This document shows positions 1 to 12,650 of a DNA stretch of 64,000 nt, one piece after another (position 1 is the first letter of the stretch; each line of letters opens with the position of its first letter). The translations under genes were made by a program, and so were the position numbers. Location: assembly GCA_951406725.2 (NCBI GenBank), contig OX597817.1:105400001-105464000 (forward strand), written 5' to 3'. The notes below the pieces were generated by a model. The model searched no databases, was not told where the DNA came from, and saw only the letters and a program-made list of their open reading frames with translations. Origin of the DNA: Octopus vulgaris. Lineage: Eukaryota.

Positions 1-524
1 CACGAACTAATGTTCCGTTCCATTTTGTGTATTTGTTGTCATCCTGTCTGGACACCAAACTCCGGTGACGCTACGGTATGTACGCATTTCTGTTAATTGA
101 TACACCGAAATAACCTTGAGAAAGTGTGATGACCTTGTTTGCACTTTTCACAGTGCTTTATCTGTTTTCCGTGCTTAATTTTTCTTCTCTTTAATGGTAA
201 CGCCATGTAATATTTTTTTCATTGTACTTTTGCTTTCAGCAACCACATCCTTTGTCTCTCTTTCTCTTCCTCCCTCTTTCTCCTTCTCTCTCCCCTCTCT
301 CTCTAGCACTTTCCCGTCTTACCCTTTCACGCTCCAATCTATTCTCCCCTTCCATTTCTCTATTCGATTGCAACCTTGCCACAATACCTTTACGTCTTCA
401 TATGATTCTAATCCCATTGCCCAGCCTTCTTCGTTCATTTTGTTCTCTGAACTGCTCCAGATTATTTCCCTCTTTCTCTCTTTCGCTTTCTCTCTCACTC
501 TCGCTGTCTTTCCCTTTCTCTCCA

Positions 525-525
525 C

Positions 526-595
<70 letters not shown>
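525..595. repeat. (TCTA)n microsatellite; a second tract lies at 1210-1283
   Basis: Direct tandem tetranucleotide repeat. Confidence 0.95.
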
Positions 596-1199
596 GGTTA
601 GCTAGCTACCTATCTCACCCCCTCTCTTTTTCTATCTATTTATCTATCTATCATGCTCTCTCTCTCTCTTTCTTTCTTTCTTTGTTGGAGGGCTAACTCC
701 CAGCTACCCACTCATTTTCTCTTAGCGTTACACTTCGCACAGTCGTCACTAGTTAATCTTTTTATCTCTGTTTTGTTCATCCTAACCTAATATTTCGTTT
801 AATTTTGCACATTTGTCGTTCAATCTCGACATCGAAACTCAGTAGCGCTGAGGTAAGTGTGCAATTCAGATGATAAGTGCACCGAAATTGCTTTCATCTT
901 CAGTCTACGGTCGATGAAAGAGCATGGTAAATTTATATTATTGCATATATATATATTATGATAAATAATTATTCGTTAAAAATCTGCAATTCACTCCGAC
1001 GCAACTTGAATCTTTTCACTATCTGTGATCATTCTGGAGACATCTTTTTTGTTGACTGAAAGATCATACGTAGCGAGAAAGCCTGAGCAGCAGCAGAATG
1101 GATCATCAGAGTTTTTCAGATTAAATGAATTTTTCTATATGTATTGAATAGCATTTCTGTTGTTTGAAATCTCAACTGTTCGCCTCCCCCTCCCCCCCC

Positions 1200-1284
<85 letters not shown>

Positions 1285-1429
1285 GATCGATCAATCTATC
1301 TTATGCATATATGTGTGTATGCGTAATTCAATACTAATAGTAATGCATAAATTCCTACTAATCAATTAAAGATTTTAACACTATAATTGATTAACTATAT
1401 GTATTAATTATAAAGCTTTTGTTATATTT

Positions 1430-1945
1430 TGATGTAGCATAGCCGAATGATTGGAATCTTCGCTTTGCAATCATGAGGTCGACGCTTCGTTCTTACTGTG
1501 GGGCAGCTTGAACAAGCATCTTTTACTGTAGCCATGGGTTGATCAAAGCCTTCTATGTGAAATTGTGCTGACGCAAAGTGAGTGGAGAGCCGTTGGATAG
1601 ATTGTACTTATAATTCAAAGTTACAGTCTTGTCATATACTGATGGTCACTTTAATGGTACACGTGTATGCGGAATACTTGGTTACTTATACGATTATTTC
1701 AATGAGCAGATAGTTCAATATGATAGTAGATAGTTCAGACAGTGTACGCGTGCGTGTGATTGTCTTCCACCACTGCACGACAAGTGGCATTGGTTTACTT
1801 ACGTCCCCGTAACTTAGCAGATCGGGAAAAGGAGGCCGATAGAATAATTACTGGGGTCGATTTGTTCGACTAAATTCTTCGAGGTAGTGCCCAACATGGC
1901 CGCAGTCCGGAGACTGAAATTAGTAAAAGATTAAAAATGAAAGAT
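1430..1945 (+). mobile_element. tRNA-derived SINE family 1, degenerate copy with internal insertion
   Basis: Shares head, 'tttacttacgtccccgtaacttagc' core and 'catggccgcagtc..gactgaaa' tail with many copies in the window. Confidence 0.7.
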
Positions 1946-2159
1946 AAGCTTATATAGATCTCTATTAGCTCTGGTTTTTCTTTACCGGAAACACTGAGAA
2001 ATAAATATCTCTTTGAAAAAGTTGCCAGTTTGTCTCACGTAACATTTTTAGTTTATCTGACATTAATTTCTGCTAAGTATACTGGAAGTACACTGCTAGA
2101 CTAATTACACTAAAAGAAGTAACACCTTAATATCCATCGCCCGCAAAGTAGATACAAAC

Positions 2160-2202
2160 CACTCTGACGTCGGTGAGCTATCACGAAATATCGGAGTCAG
2201 TG
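2160..2202 (+). ncRNA. Degenerate minimal type I hammerhead ribozyme
   Basis: CACT-CTGACG(t)-cg-GTGA gcta TCAC-GAAA-tatcggag-TC-AGTG. Stems I and II are perfect; one core substitution; stem III resembles a decayed CTCCGGAG palindrome. Confidence 0.6.
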
Positions 2203-3299
2203 AGGGAGCCTCTGCGTTGTCGCTTGATATATTAGAAATAACAGTCATATCTATATCCAGTCTCACACTATAGTCTTTAAAAAAGAAGGACACATTTTAA
2301 ATTATATTTCAAAATCATGTTTATGAATCTAAATAATATCTTTATTACTATTCTGATTTAAACACATGATTTTGGAATATAATTTTAAATATTTGTGTTT
2401 CCTTGTATATATTTTTGCCTGCTTGATCACAGCTAACCTGAGACTCGGCAGTAGTGACTGAGATACAAGTTAGTTTAGTATAACCAGATTCTCTTGAAGA
2501 CTTTATTCACGCTTCTCTTTTCTACTTTCTTATCAATTATAAATTTTTAAAACTACAATGTAGATGGCATAAAATGCTAAAAAATTAAAGTACCGTTGGT
2601 TTTCGACAAATTTTATACAATTCAATATCTAAAACTGAAATATTGTTCATGATGCTGATAAAGTAAGTAACAATGAATACTCGTGCATTATATATCCAGA
2701 TTCTTCTTTTTCTTTTTCTTTTTTTACTTTGTAATCCAAAAAAATATGTTAAAATGTATTACATCCTTAACCGAATTGAAAGAGGTGTTCCTTTCTAGAA
2801 AAGTCTATTTGCGTTTCGTTTCCCAAGAGAATTATATTTTGAATGACTCCTTAGAAATATTTTGGTTATATTACACATCCATTTTATGAAGAAACCTTTT
2901 TTTTTTCTAATTGCTGGGGTAATTTTTTTGTTATTTTCTAAATCTTGCTTCCTAAATTGCATTATATCCTTCTTTTACGCTGCTAATCTCTGGACAAAGC
3001 TGTCAAAATATGTAAGTTTTTCTTAGAGCTAAGCATACTGCTTTTATGGTTTTATGTCCCCTGAGTTTTTACAAATGCATATACTTCGTAATTTGTGACA
3101 ACTTTCATTTGTTGAAAATTTCGAAGAATACAAACAATAGAAATAACAGAGAAGTAGCTCCTACTCTGTCAAAAAGGAAAAGGCAGGATAAACAGTTATT
3201 AAGAACATGCATCTTAGATAAACAACTGCTGTCACTTAACACCGTAATAGATATATCTGTCATATACAAAATCAGCTTCTTACTACTTAAATTTTAGGA

Positions 3300-3560
3300 A
3301 TTCTAGCTGAAACGTCCGTCCATCAAATGCATCGAAAATAGAGCAGATATTGTTCTCTGAGACGCAAAGCTGCTTACTGTTGTGAAGGTCATTGGTCCAG
3401 TTAATGCAAATGTCACATCAGACGTTTGGGAAAATAAAATATCTTCATAATATTCATTGATGTATTGCACGCAAATGTTGTAAACGTGCTAACTTTCAAA
3501 AGCTTTTCAAAGAAACAATTGAAACAATTGGCCTGGACTCGACTAATTCAATGTACTGTT
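3300..3560 (+). pseudogene. Highly decayed R4/Dong-like restriction-like endonuclease fragment
   Basis: Translates IKCIENRADIVL*DAKLLTVVKVIGPVNANV, which aligns by eye to IKCKHNRTDIVIW...VEISCPADINI at ~5610. Confidence 0.45.
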
Positions 3561-3692
3561 ACTATTACAGTTGAAAATATATAAAAATTCTCGAAATTCA
3601 CATTTTCATTCAAGTTTTTACTATATAAATACCAGTAAACAATCTTCTTAATAAATGAAGAAGCCGCTATCATACATGTACTTACATATTCG

Positions 3693-3734
<42 letters not shown>

Positions 3735-3947
3735 ATATATATATACTTAACACATACATACATATATACCAACATGTATATACATACATACATGCACACA
3801 TACATGTATGCATGCATACGCACACATACATAACACTCAGCTGCTTATTTTGCATAAATATGGTAGCAAACCTACAGGGACCATAAATGTTGATCCTTCA
3901 ATACGAACATACTTTCAGTTTTATGCACGTTAGTATTAAAGCTACAA

Positions 3948-4145
3948 AAGGCGGCCAGCTGGCAGAATCGGGAGCACGCCGGCCAAATTGCTTAGGCATT
4001 TCGTTCGTCTTTATGTTCTAAGTTCAAATTCCGTTGAGGTCGAGTTTGCCTTTCATCCTTTCGGGGTCAATAAAATAAGTACCAATGAAACACGACGGTC
4101 GATATATTCGACTAGCCCCCTCCCACAAAGATTTCAGGATTATTA
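3948..4145 (+). mobile_element. tRNA-derived SINE family 2
   Basis: aaggcggccagctggcagaatcg...gttcaaattccg...tttgcctttcatcctttcggggtc..taaaataagtacc. A/B-box-like motifs; repeated at 8731, 20015, 20750, 21050, 52530 and 62765. Confidence 0.8.
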
Positions 4146-4227
4146 AAGCTACATGATATGCACCTTCCTGCTTGAATCAAATTATGGTTAATTTGGGATT
4201 ATTGTAGTTCCATTATAAGCTATAGAT

Positions 4228-4473
4228 CAGTGATTTTCAACCAGGGACGATATGGTCCTTGGGGGTTGATATAAGATTTTGTTGTTGAAATTTATCGACA
4301 ATAAATTGTTTATACTTCTGCAATATTTTAACTTTCTTTAAATTCAATTCCTAATAATATATAATTATAAATATATATGATTTTTTAAACAGTGAATGAC
4401 TAAGATTGTCCATACAGGTAAAATAGGAATCAAAGGGGTCTATAGGTGAAAAAAAAATGGTTGAGAAACACTG
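4228..4473. mobile_element. hAT (Charlie-like) MITE
   Basis: TIRs CAGTGATTTTCAACC / GGTTGAGAAACACTG; imperfect 8-bp TSD ctatagat/gaatagat; homologous copies at 9701 and 48178. Confidence 0.75.
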
Positions 4474-5209
4474 GAATAGATAATTCCAATGTCTGGGACA
4501 ATAAAACTTTAAAGGGAAAATGATTGAACAAAAGATCATGTAGAAAACAAGACCATTTTTATACTAAAATTCCTGATAGGAAGGAAAAAACATACATACA
4601 TATATATGTACGTACGTACATGCATACACAAGCGCACGCATACATACATACATACATACATACATACATACATACATACATACATACATACATACATACA
4701 TGGATACATGCATTCTACAGGACGGTAGCGAACCTCATAAAACACTCACCTGCTGATGACATTCCACGAGATCTCAGAATGAATGGACTGCATACCACAA
4801 CATATCCCTTTAAAAGGAGCGCTTAATCAAAAGCTAGAAAAACTTATGCACGAGCATGTCTCGTAAACTTAAGGATGATACTAAAAATAGCATTAAGTAT
4901 AGCCTTTCTTGCATTCGCCATATTTCGAAGGCTATGCTTCTGCAGTCAAGAGTAGAAGATTTGCAATTTACCTAATAAATGAAAAAAAGATCCTCTAAAC
5001 CTCCAAGATCTGATCGGTTGTAATAATCACCAATATCTGGGTCAACAAAAATCTGCAAGCTCTTAAAATTTAAAGGCTGAATGGTTGCAAAGAATGACAA
5101 AAAGAATAAAAGCACATTTAAAAAAATCATGTAATATCTTTTCTTAACAATATTCCTATCGATCAGGTGGCTGATCAATATCCTTATATTCCAGTCAAGA
5201 GAATGCGCA

Positions 5210-5327
5210 TATACATACATACATACATACATACATACATACATACATACATACATACATACATACATACATACATACATACATACATACATACATACAT
5301 ACATACATAAATACATACATACATACA
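5210..5327. repeat. (TACA)n microsatellite; similar tracts at 4640-4700, 6175-6275, 13850-13928, 27737-27900, 33480-33595, 56475-56608, 59425-59492
   Basis: Direct tandem repeats. Confidence 0.95.
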
Positions 5328-6174
5328 TTAGTAACTTCCACTTTGAAGGGTATGCGTCTACAAATACCTGCTGCATGTAAGGAATAGAGACGCAGGAAAA
5401 GTACCAAAATCTGTTAATCGAAGCAGATTTTGTGGAGTTAACACAGAAGATATCACCCACAGCATAAGAGGTTGTCCGAAAATTGGACGCTGTATGAAAT
5501 CTGTTGAAAGGAAAACACTGGAGACAAAGAAATAAAAACCCACAGTATGGTAGAAACCATATCCACTCAAAATAAGGAGTACTGGTGGAATGTCCCTGTA
5601 AAAACTTCAATAAAATGTAAGCATAATAGAACTGACATAGTGATTTGGAATAGCGAAGAGAAACTGTGTACACTTGTGGAAATCAGCTGCCCAGCGGATA
5701 TTAACATAAAGCTGAAGATCATCCAGAAAGAAAATACCTATGCTGAACTATTGAGAAACCTACAGATTACAAGTTCATGTTTATACCTGTAATTATCGGG
5801 GCACTGGAATATATAACGCACTGCCTAAGTACCAATCATGAGAAATTAGACCTCTCAAGACCAGAAAGGAGAAGGCTGATTCGAAAACTGCAGATCCAAG
5901 CCATCACTGGAATTGTAAAAATCTGTAAAACCTTACAGAAGTTTATCCTTTAGATATATATGAGCTTATCTAGACATGCAGCTATATACACGAGAATATA
6001 TACGTAAAACAAAGAATATAAATGTGCACAGGCACTGACTCCAAACTCTTCACATATACACATACATGCAAAAATACACTTTTGATGTTGTTGAAATACT
6101 ATGAAGGTGCTTCTGATCTATGTTAGAACCTGGTTCTTTATTGGCGAGAAATTTTGAAATAAAACTGAATAATG
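5328..6174 (+). mobile_element. 5'-truncated R4/Dong-like non-LTR retrotransposon 3' end (zinc knuckle + restriction-like endonuclease), frameshifted
   Basis: SRFCGVNTEDITHSIRGCPK (CCHC remnant, ~5422-5480), then HNRTDIVIW...LVEISCPADINI...KENTYAEL and IPVIIGAL..., then a 3' UTR with AATAAA before (CATA)n. Confidence 0.8.
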
Positions 6175-6205
6175 ACATACATACATACATACATACATAC
6201 ATACA

Positions 6206-6236
<31 letters not shown>

Positions 6237-6246
6237 CATACATACA

Positions 6247-6278
<32 letters not shown>

Positions 6279-6418
6279 AAAGAAGGATCCTTTCCTTTAC
6301 AACCTTGCTACCTAGTAGATGACCAATCAAAATTTAGAACTCAATATACATATGCTTCAGAACGAGTACAGAGCGGTAATAGAAGATTAGAATGGTGAAT
6401 GAATAAACAATCATGTTA

Positions 6419-6717
6419 TGAACTTCATTAGTTTATAACTGTTTCTGCGATAAGATGTAATGCACTCAAAGTTAAATGCTTAAGTGTCACTCTATAGCTT
6501 CAACGGAGATTTAAATATGAAGTGCAGATTTATTTGGAAGAACATTTACATTTGTATGTACAAAGAAAAGCACTACCAATGAAAAAGGATATGTTCTCCC
6601 AAATAAAACGACACTTCATGTTTGAAGCTCTGATGAAGCTATAGTGTGATAGACAAGTATTCAGCTATGAGTGCATTGCATCTTTTAGCCGAAATAGTTG
6701 TAAAATAATGAAGTTCA
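6419..6717. repeat. Imperfect inverted repeat (~125-bp arms) of HHR-containing PLE-type pseudo-LTRs
   Basis: Arms 6419-6546 and 6590-6717 are reverse complements. The right arm has CTGATGA (6630) ... GAAA tagttg TA (6691-6702). Confidence 0.75.
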
Positions 6718-7668
6718 CTGGATTGCGACCATGATGGAGCATCCATCATATATATATTTTTAATCTAGTGTTAGTTTATCGATTTGTTTTTGTCAAACCT
6801 CTAAATGACGGGCATGCACAAACATAAATATGTACATGGATACAGACACAAACGCAAAAATGCATACGCACTCATTCATACTATATATATATATATATCT
6901 TTAAATTTGTTCACGGGAAACGTTTTGAATATGCAAATAAAGATCATAATCCATTATGCCAGCCACGGTCCAATAATGCCAGTTTTTTGGAGTTGCATCG
7001 AGCTGTGCCGATATAATGCAGGATAAATATAGTAATAATAGCAATTAACCTTGGATGGAATTTATAAACATCTAATGCATCGCTATGCACGTTTCCACAA
7101 ATCACATATCGCTTGGGATCACAGTCCATATTCCTGAGATGATTACAGTGTAGCCCTTAGTATCGGTGGGCATCGGGTAGATCATCTTTATGAATTCATT
7201 TCTTCAGGCGATATAACATCAATGGGTGTTTAGCAGAGGGTTGTTTATCCCTTTTGACCAGTGAGAAGGTTGACTGACTTATGTGGGTATTTCTGGGTGT
7301 ATTTGGTGATGAAAAAAGAGGAATTAATGGTAGTTATATGGTTATTATATGTGTGTTGGACTTATTTTATTATATGACGTTGGACTTATTTTGCTATTCA
7401 GTCTGCAGATGTCAAGGATGAGTAGTACATCCTTTTGTTCGATCTCATTTAAGGCATGACTCTCCTCAATGAATTCTGCAGTAAACAGGTCAGCGGGTAC
7501 ACCCACTACAGCCATCAACTGTTGTAGTTTATTGTCTGAATTGATAAACGATACTTTCATAGGGCGACCTTTTAATTACTTCTGGTGATACAGTGATAAG
7601 GTGTATAGTATCCTAAATGCCGGTTGGTTTGGTTTTTTGTTTGTGTTCCTTCCTTGTTCTGTAATATG

Positions 7669-8130
7669 CTAAGGGCGGTTGATATTATTCCGTTTTAAAA
7701 TGTTTTCTTCAAATTCCAGAAATAATGTTTTTCTTTTTTGTTTACATGATATTATTACCTCGGAGTGTCTATTGACCACGTTTTCCCTGGATGTGATGAT
7801 TTCTAGAGTTTCTTCTTGGCATAAGTTGCTTGCCCGTGATGCTCTGTTGTATGGGTGCAGCATTTTTAATAATAATGTAAGATGGTTACGGACACGGTTT
7901 TTCCTGATGTCTCCTTTGCCCTCAATGTACAAGTATTTCTGCATACCTGCCTTCACCTCACATTTGTAAACTACATTCTTTATCATGCAGTTGTTGTTAA
8001 ACCGGAATTCCTCTTTACGTGTACACTTACATGTGATTTTTTTCCCGTTCTCCCTGCGGAGTTACTATTGGTGGTCTTTCTTCTTCCTCCTGTAATCGTA
8101 TATTCATTTTTTTTATGTGTGGATTATATA
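7669..8130 (-). pseudogene. Penelope-like GIY-YIG endonuclease remnant
   Basis: CKCTRKEEFRFNNNCMIKNVVYKCEV...YLYIEG...KNRVRNH resembles the PLE GIY-YIG layout. Confidence 0.65.
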
Positions 8131-8131
8131 T

Positions 8132-8163
<32 letters not shown>

Positions 8164-8436
8164 ACTGATGACAAGATTCCATACAATTTCCGTCTACCAA
8201 TTTCACTGTTTATCAGAGCGATTATAACCATAGAAAAGACAATGCTTACGCAACTGATATGAAGATGGAAACGCAAAACCTGTTTACAAATGTATAAGAA
8301 CCAAAAATTTTGAGAATTTGTATTTCAACGTGCGTTCAAGAAAACTCGAAGAAAATTATGAAAGCATGGAAATGTGAAGAAAGAATTTATAACTTTTTAT
8401 GAAAGATGTCTCTCATTGATTCTGGTTTCAACTGGA

Positions 8437-8476
<40 letters not shown>

Positions 8477-8498
8477 GCATGCATAAATCTCTCTCTCT

Positions 8499-8551
<53 letters not shown>

Positions 8552-8672
8552 AGTGTATATGTGCATGTATGTGAATACCTCACGGAAAGGCTCCGAAACT
8601 GCGTCCTCGCGAAAACTGATTTGATTTCCGAAATTTGGCTCCCATTGAGACATGGAACAAAAATAATTGAGA

Positions 8673-8730
<58 letters not shown>

Positions 8731-8731
<1 letters not shown>

Positions 8732-8943
8732 GGCTAGCTGACAGAATTGTTATCACACTGGATAAAATGTTTAGTAGCATTTCTGCCAGCTTTACGTTCT
8801 GAATTTAAATAATGCCGAATTCGACATTGCTTTCATCCTTTCTGGGTGGATAAAATAAGTACCAGTTTATCCCTGGGGTCATCGTAATTGACTTCCCACT
8901 CTTCTAAAAGAAATTGCTGGCCTTGTGTCAAAATTTGAAACCG
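8731..8943 (+). mobile_element. SINE family 2 copy between (TTA)n and (GTT)n(GGT)n tracts
   Basis: Homologous to 3948-4145. Confidence 0.7.
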
Positions 8944-8955
8944 TTGTTGTTGTTG

Positions 8956-8987
<32 letters not shown>

Positions 8988-9700
8988 GGTGGTGGTGGTG
9001 GTGGTGGTGGTGGTGGTGGTTATATAACCAGTTATTCTTCTGATAACACTCATTTTAGTAACCGTTTCATTCAAGATCGTGCAATCTCTTGTTTCTGCAT
9101 ATCCAACGATATTAACAACACTAGCGAATAAAAAAAATAAATAAAAAACCATCGGGGCAAGTAAAATAAAATGGAATCAATAATGAATTTTGCAATCGCT
9201 TTAAAAGGGCAAGAAAATAATTGCTAGAAAATAACATAAAAATGAATGTTGATTATATGAATTAAGTGAAAATATTCTGAGATGAACTTCATACAAGAAT
9301 TTAAGTATTTCCCGGCAAAACAATTACGTCATCAAGCGACGCTAGTATCATGCAAGAGGAGTGTCTGCTGATTAAAATGTTGTTTGCAGAAGTGGGAGCA
9401 GTGTAGAAACAACAATAAACAAACAATAAATTACAGTAAATAAAGCACGCATTGCCACAACATTTATGACAGCACGTTCTATAACAAACCTATAGAAATC
9501 ATTATGTTAGCTCGCAGTAAAGCTAGTCGTCTGTCTACATCTAGCTACCACGATAAGTATGACTGGAACAAGTAGTTCTTATCGAAGTCTTTTCAAAAGA
9601 AGGCTTGTTAGTTCCTAATACTACGGATGTAAGACAGACCATATTCCACTAGCAATGATAAGAAACCTACGAAGTTGATATTGATGGTGATTAACTCTAC

Positions 9701-9948
9701 CAGTGGTTCTCAAATGGAGTTCATATGACCCTTGGAGGTCAATATAAGATTTTATAATCAAATTAAGTTGGTTATACTTCTGCAATGCACAAAATATTTT
9801 AACAATATTTTTAAATACAATTCCTGATAATACTTAATAATAAAAATATAAATGGGAGCTTTTAAACATCGAATGGCTATTAGGGTCCGCCTGAATACAA
9901 TAAGGATAAAAAGGAGCCCATGGGTCAAAATATAGTCGAGAACCACTG
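9701..9948. mobile_element. hAT MITE, same family as 4228
   Basis: TIRs CAGTGGTTCTC / GAGAACCACTG; internal homology to 4228-4473. Confidence 0.75.
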
Positions 9949-10049
9949 AGCTATTCAGTGAGTATTAAACCCTCGTTTATGTCAATAAACACCTTCTCAC
10001 AATTGTTAAACAGTTTCTTGAACATACAAGGCAAAACAATAGGGGAGGT

Positions 10050-10450
10050 GGGATGAACTTCTGGATTTGGAAAACAGAAAAAGCCGTTGATCTACGGAAG
10101 ACTGTCAATTGCATTAGCGATTGTTAACAAACACAAACAAGAAAATAGCTATTCTTTCCAACAAAATTTGAAAAAAAATATTACAGAAATGTTGCACGGA
10201 GATTAGCCAAAAGATAAATCTTGAATATAAACTGATCCTTCTCAAACAGGAGTTAAAAGCTGTTAATGAAAAACTTCACCATCAGAAAATAGTAACTGAA
10301 AGACAAATAATCCACAAGAAATTCCGTTGAAATCAAACAGCTCTCTACAGAGAGAGGTGAAAAACAATAAAGAAAAATCAGAGATAAGGATTCGTTCCAG
10401 AGTAAATCAGGAGAGAGAAAAATGAGTTTAGTTGAAATACCGCGTAGCTA
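10050..10450 (+). pseudogene. Decayed R4/Dong-like ORF fragment (pre-RT region)
   Basis: KLILLKQELKAVNEKLHHQK...IHKKFR*NQTALYRE resembles the R4/Dong 'LKQ.L.A...RY...N..F..NQK.FYR' motif (recalled, not searched). Confidence 0.45.
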
Positions 10451-10657
10451 GAATAAATCCGAACAAAATGTTATTCTAGCATTACAATCTTAATTACATA
10501 TTATCAATAATGATATACGTCATTGAGACTTTGATTGAGAATAATAAAAAAAAAAAAGGCGGATTACTTCGGTGGCTGCCACTAATACAAAAAACATTGA
10601 ATTTTTGATTTCACCAATCTTTTCTATCTGTGTTTGTGTATGTGTGTGTGTGTGCAT

Positions 10658-10695
<38 letters not shown>

Positions 10696-10750
10696 CTATG
10701 TGTATATGTGTAAGAAATTAAAATGGCAAGGAAATGAGAAAACTATGTCA

Positions 10751-10878
10751 TGAACTTCATTTGCTTACAACTGTTTCTGCCATAAGAAGCAATGCACTCA
10801 TAGTTCAGTGCTAGTGTATCAACCTTAAACTTCATCAGAGCTTCAAAACTGAAGAATGATTTTATTTGCGAAAGCATT
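10751..10878 (-). ncRNA. Type I hammerhead-containing repeat, same family as 6419-6717
   Basis: Minus strand: GCT-CTGATGA-...-GAAA-CAGTTG-TA-AGC. Near-palindromic stem III and 3-bp stem I; cttca/tgaag may extend stem I. Confidence 0.7.
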
Positions 10879-10911
10879 TATATTTATATATAAATGCGTA
10901 TGTGAGGGGTA

Positions 10912-12085
10912 TACGAGAGGTGTTCATTAAAGATTTCCCCTAACCCACTTCCCAAGGACTGGGATAAACGAAACTTGGTATAATTATTATTCCTTCTCTA
11001 CACAACCACCACCAATGGTGATACACTTCTCCCATCGCTTTATGCAGCTGTGGAAGTCTGTATGTTACGTCTGGAGCCAAGAATTTTCCGCGGAAATAAG
11101 CTTATGATCATCTGAAAATTGCTTCCCGTTCAAAACAGATTTCTTGGTTGGAAAGAGGTAGAAGTCAAATGGTGCGAGGTCGAGAGAGTAAGGGGGACGA
11201 AGAGGGATTTCATAGCTGCAGGAGTGTGCTTTCATCTGGGCAACATGCGCATTGTGAACTGGGGCGTTGTTCTGGAGGAAACGGACTCTTTTGGGCAGCA
11301 TACTACGCCTCTCTGCTTTGGTAGCGTTTCGCAATTTCTGCAGCAGAGAATCATAATATGCCCCGTTAATTGTGGTATCCTTTGCCAGAAAATCCATCAT
11401 CACTGCACTGCGCTGGTCCCAAAAGACTGTGAGCATCACCTTTCCTGCAGAGGATTGGGCACGAACCTTCTTTGCAGGTGGTGAGTTATCATGCTTCTAT
11501 TACTTCGACCGGACTTCAGTCTCAGGATCATATTGATGGACCGATGTTTCATCTTGCCGAAAAAGTTCTCGTTTTCTTGGCATCTTGCTAAAAGAGCCTG
11601 GGAGTAATTGACTCGTCTCTGCTCCTGAAAATGTGTGAGCATCCGGGGAATCAATCCATCGTGCAGACAACTTCCGCATGTGCAAATGGCCGTGAGTGAT
11701 TTTTTCCACGGACTCTACACTTATCTTCACTTCTTGGGCTAGTTGCTGAATAATTATGCGGTGATCCTCGAAGATGGCGGCTTTCACTTTATGGATGGTG
11801 TCTCCACCGATGCCCGACCACATTTGAACTGGGGATGCCAGTGCTTGACTACGCCGTATGATGGTGCATCGTAACCATAAACCTCTTTCATCTCATCGAA
11901 AGTTCTTTTCGTGTACGACCTTTCAAGTATAAGAACCTGATCATTGATCTGCATTCAACTGCCTCCATTATAACACCATATGATTCTGTTGCTATTAGTG
12001 GATACCAGAGGTTCTTCTTTCGGGTATCTCCCGGCATAAACTCACTCCAAAGTGTGGGTAAAGGGTGAATAATGATTCGTCGGAG
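10912..12085 (-). mobile_element. Mariner (DD34D-type) DNA transposon, near full length, frameshifted
   Basis: MEAVECRSMIRFLYLKG, LHMRKLSARW, DETSVHQYDPE, MLTVFWD, FLQNNAPVH, PPYSLDLAPFDFYLF; left TIR TACGAGAGGTGTTCATTAA; right TIR degenerate. Confidence 0.9.
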
Positions 12086-12504
12086 AAACTGACATTGTTC
12101 CATCAATGACCACTTCTGATAGTGTAGACCAGTGTTGCCCAATCTATTTTCCCTCACTATAACTTTCCAGAAAAATGTATACCCCACTGGTGGTTGGGAA
12201 AAAAAAACAACTTATTTTTAATATTTAATATTTATATACTTCCCTTTAAGAAATATTCACACTAGAGCATTAAAATAGCGCTAAACTGTAGCAAACAGTT
12301 TTCACGCTGTATACTTGACTGGAGGGATTGATTTGGCTAAGCTGATTATAAGTGTAATATATTTGCTGTGAACAAAAAAAAAAAAAGAAAAGAAAAAGAA
12401 AAAAAGATTTTCACAATTCCACATCCCATTTTAAAAAAAATGAAAAATGTTTGATCCCAAGCTCCACCACAATTTTTCCAGGGCCCACCGATAGGACGTA
12501 TGGT

Positions 12505-12650
12505 ACTCACTGCTGTAGACTCACATTGAGACTCACTGCAATAGATTCACATTGGGACTCACTGTAATAGACTCACTGCAATATACTCACATTGGGACTC
12601 ACTGCTATAGACTCACTGCAATAGATTTACATTGGGACTCACTGCTATAG
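12505..12650. repeat. Minisatellite of 12-13-bp units (GACTCACTGCAATA / GACTCACATTGG variants)
   Basis: About 11 alternating related units are visible directly. Confidence 0.85.

Noticed and set aside
4753-4795. CTGATGA-cattc...gaat-GAAT as a hammerhead
   Set aside because: Stem II is present but GAAA is altered and no stem I/III pairing was found; at most a heavily decayed copy.
6900-7620. Possible second decayed PLE on minus
   Set aside because: Only vague similarity and many stops; not supportable by eye.
12505-12650. CRISPR-like appearance of short repeats
   Set aside because: Contiguous units with no unique spacers, no cas genes, and a eukaryotic context.
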